The position numbers and the translations under genes are program-made. From Utricularia gibba (taxonomy: Eukaryota; Plantae; Magnoliophyta): a stretch of DNA of 25,628 nt. This document shows, one piece after another, positions 22,580 to 25,628 of the stretch (position 1 is the stretch's first letter; every line of letters begins with the position of its first letter). The notes under the pieces were generated by a model. The model was not told where the DNA came from. It saw only the letters and a program-made list of their open reading frames with translations, and ran no database searches. The stretch lies in the NCBI GenBank assembly GCA_002189035.1, contig NEEC01000502.1:1-25628 (forward strand), read 5' to 3'.

Positions 22580-25500
22580 CGGTGATGTCGTTGTGAACTT
22601 CGTTCTGACCCAAGGTTCGGTCTGACTCCTTTTTCCACATCGGGTCCTACTCGACGAAAAATCGTGATGCACTTATTGAAGTTAGGATGTCATAAGCACC
22701 CAAAATGGTTTTCTCAACCGCATGCTTTATATCTGAGGAGGCGCTCTCGTGGGCAACGGTATCGAGAAGGAGGTCGAGTCGAGCTCGGCCCATAGTCATT
22801 TGTGGCTCGGCAAAAAACTTGATGCATTTTTAACGTTGGGTTTTAATTGGCTGCCTACATGGTTTCTCAAGGAAAAGCTTGTCGTTTTTGGGCGGGTGAT
22901 GTCGTTGTGGAACTTCGTTCTGACCCAAGTTCGGTCTGACTCCTTTTTCCACATCGGGCTACTCGACGAAAATCGTGATGCACTTATTGAAGTTAGGATG
23001 TCATAAGCACCCAAAATGGTTTTCTCAACCGCATGCTTTATATCTGAGGAGGCGCTCTCGTGGGCAACGGTATCGAGAAGGAGGTCGAGTCGAGCTCGGG
23101 CCCATAGTCATTTGTGGCTCGGCAAAAAACTTGATGCATTTTAACGTTGGGTTTTAATAGGCTGCCTACATGGTTTCTCAAGGAAAAGCTTGTCGTTTTT
23201 GGCGGGTGATGTCGTTGTGAACTTCGTTCTGACCCAAGTTCGGTCTGACTCCTTTTTCCACATCGGGTCTACTCGACGAAAATCGTGATGCACTTATTGA
23301 AGTTAGGATGTCATGAGCACCCAAAATGGTTTTCTCAACGCATGCTTTATATCTGAGGAGGCGCTCTCGTGGGGCAACGGTATCGAGAAGGAGGTCGAGT
23401 CGAGCTCGGGCCCATAGTCATTTGTGCTCGGCAAAAACTTGATGCATTTTTTAACGTTGGGTTTTAATTGGCTGCCTACATGGTTTCTCAAGGAAAAGCT
23501 TGTCGTTTTTGGGCGGTGATGTCGTTGTGGAACTTCGTTCTGACCCAAGATTCGGTCTGACTCCTTTTTCCACATCGGGTCTACTCGACGAAAATCGTGA
23601 TGCACTTATTGAAGTTAGGATGTCATAAGCACCCAAAATGGTTTTCTCAACCGCATGCTTTATATCTGAGGAGGCGCTCTCGTGGGGCAACGGTATCGAG
23701 AAGGAGGTCGAGTCGAGCTCGGCCCATAGTCATTTGTGGCTCGGCAAAAAACTTGATGCATTTCTTAACGTTGGGTTTTAATTGGCTGCCTACATGGTTT
23801 CTCAAGGAAAAGCTTGTCGTTTTTGGGCGGGTGATGTCGTTGTGAACTTCGTTCTGACCCAAGGTTCGGTCTGACTCCTTTGCCACATCGGGTCCTACTC
23901 GACGAAAATCGTGATGCACTTATTGAAGTTAGGATGTCATAAGCACCCAAAATGGTTTTCTCAACCGCATGCTTTATATCTGAGGAGCGCTCTCGTGGGG
24001 CAACGGTATCGAGAAGGAGGTCGAGTCGAGCTCGGGCCCATAGTCATTTGTGGCTCGGCAAAAAACTTGATGCATTTAAACGTTGGGTTTTAATTGGCTG
24101 CCTACATGGTTTCTCAAGGAAAAGCTTGTCGTTTTTGGGCGGTGATGTCGTTGTGAACTTCGTTCTGACCCAAGGTTCGGTCTGACTCCTTTCCACATCG
24201 GGTCCTACTCGACGAAAATCGTGATGCACTTATTGAAGTTAGGATGTCATAAGCACCCAAAATGGTTTTCTCAACCGCATGCTTTATATCTGAGGAGGCG
24301 CTCTCGTGGGCAACGGTATCGAGAAGGAGGTCGAGTCGAGCTCGGGCCCATAGTCATTTGTGGCTCGGCAAAAAACTTGATGCATTTCTTAACGTTGGGT
24401 TTTAATTGGCTGCCTACATGGTTTCTCAAGGAAAAGCTTGTCGTTTTTGGGCGGTGATGTCGTTGTGAACTTCGTTCTGACCCAAGGTTCGGTCTGACTC
24501 CTTTGCCACATCGGTCCTACTCGACGAAAATCGTGATGCACTTATTGAAGTTAGGATGTCATAAGCACCCAAAATGGTTTTCTCAACCGCATGCTTTATA
24601 TCTGAGGAGGCGCTCTCGTGGGCAACGGTATCGAGAAGGAGGTCGAGTCGAGCTCGGGCCATAGTCATTTGTGGCTCGGCAAAAAACTTGATGCATTTTT
24701 TAACGTTGGTTTTAATAGGCTGCCTACATGGTTTCTCAAGGAAAAGCTTGTCGTTTTTTGGGCGGTGATGTCGTTGTGACTTCGTTCTGACCCAAGTTCG
24801 GTCTGACTCCTTTTCCACATCGGGTCCTACTCGACGAAAATCGTGATGCACTTATTGAAGTTAGGATGTCATAAGCACCCAAAATGGTTTTCTCAACCGC
24901 ATGCTTTATATCTGAGGAGGCGCTCTCGTGGGGCAACGGTATCGAGAAGGAGGTCGAGTCGAGCTCGGGCCCATAGTCATTTGTGGCTCGGCAAAAAACT
25001 TGATGCATTTTTTAACGTTGGTTTTAATTGGCTGCCTACATGGTTTCTCAAGGAAAAGCTTGTCGTTTTTGGGCGGGTGATGTCGTTGTGAACTTCGTTC
25101 TGACCCAAGGTTCGGTCTGACTCCTTTCCACATCGGGTGCTACTCGACGAAAATCGTGATGCACTTATTGAAGTTAGGATGTCATAAGCACCCAAAATGG
25201 TTTTCTCAACCGCATGCTTTATATCTGAGGAGGCGCTCTCGTGGGCAACGGTATCGAGAAGGAGGTCGAGTCGAGCTCGGGCCCATAGTCATTTGTGCTC
25301 GGCAAAAACTTGATGCATTTTTAACGTTGGGTTTTAATTGGCTGCCTACATGGTTTCTCAAGGAAAAGCTTGTCGTTTTTGGGCGGGTGATGTCGTTGTG
25401 AACTTCGTTCTGACCCAAGGTTCGGTCTGACTCCTTTTTCCACATCGGTCCTACTCGACGAAAATCGTGATGCACTTATTGAAGTTAGGATGTCATAAGC

Positions 25501-25628
25501 ACCCAAAATGGTTTTCTCAACCGCATGCTTTATATCTGAGGAGGCGCTCTCGTGGGCAACGGTATCGAGAAGGTGGTCGAGTCGAGCTCGGGCCCATAGT
25601 CATTTGTGGCTCGGCAAAAAACTTGATG
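22580..25628. repeat. Array domain 4: monomers with fading HOR phase and some domain-1-like alleles
   Basis: CATGAGCAC reappears at ~23312 and CCTTTGCCAC at ~23877 and ~24500. GGATTCAT and GAGCAGG are absent. Confidence 0.55.

Larger units (their letters stand above)
1..25628. repeat. Tandem satellite-type array, ~85 head-to-tail copies of a ~315-316 bp monomer
   Basis: The landmark CGG(G)TGATGTCGTTGTGAACTTCG recurs at 1, 310, 610, 918 ... 24763, 25074, 25384, always in the same orientation and with no intervening unique DNA. The mean period is ~312 bp over 10389-25384 and ~288 bp over 1-10079, where deletions shorten the units. Confidence 0.99.

Noticed and set aside
145-25506. The many ORFs in the six-frame track as protein-coding genes
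   Set aside because: All are fragments of the same six monomer frames, joined differently by indels. There is no recognisable domain and no consistent start or length.
1-25628. CRISPR array
   Set aside because: There are no unique spacers; the entire 315-bp unit repeats, and there are no cas genes.
1-25628. Rolling-circle concatemer of a single ~315-nt circle (RCA artefact, viroid-like RNA, or DRT2/neo-type cDNA)
   Set aside because: Copies of one template would differ only by random error, whereas multi-site haplotypes recur in phase and drift along the array. Every frame contains at least one stop per monomer, so there is no endless ORF. I saw only 4-7 bp stems and no rod-like self-complementarity.
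1-25628. Assignment to a named satellite family or organism
   Set aside because: Size similarity to known ~155-bp or ~313-bp plant satellites is not sequence evidence, and I do not recognise the sequence. A BLAST/Dfam search of the consensus is required.

Overview
The whole 25.6-kb window is one uninterrupted head-to-tail tandem array of a ~315-316 bp monomer: about 85 copies, the last one partial, with consensus GC ~48% by hand count. There is no unique sequence, no inversion and no credible gene; every ORF in the track is a re-reading of the same monomer. It looks like satellite DNA, probably eukaryotic, read as an uncorrected long read or weakly polished assembly (unstable homopolymer lengths, many deletions). 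I cannot assign a taxon or a named family. The interest lies in nested structure. (1) The monomer is an old dimer of ~157/159-bp subunits. (2) Linked variants define a 5-monomer higher-order repeat (HOR, ~1.55 kb) at ~10.1-16.9 kb, with one 6-mer. (3) A differently composed 5-mer HOR occupies ~17.3-22.6 kb. (4) The 5' domain (1-10.1 kb) has a distinct haplotype and deletion hotspots at fixed monomer positions. All counts and alignments were done by eye and should be confirmed computationally.
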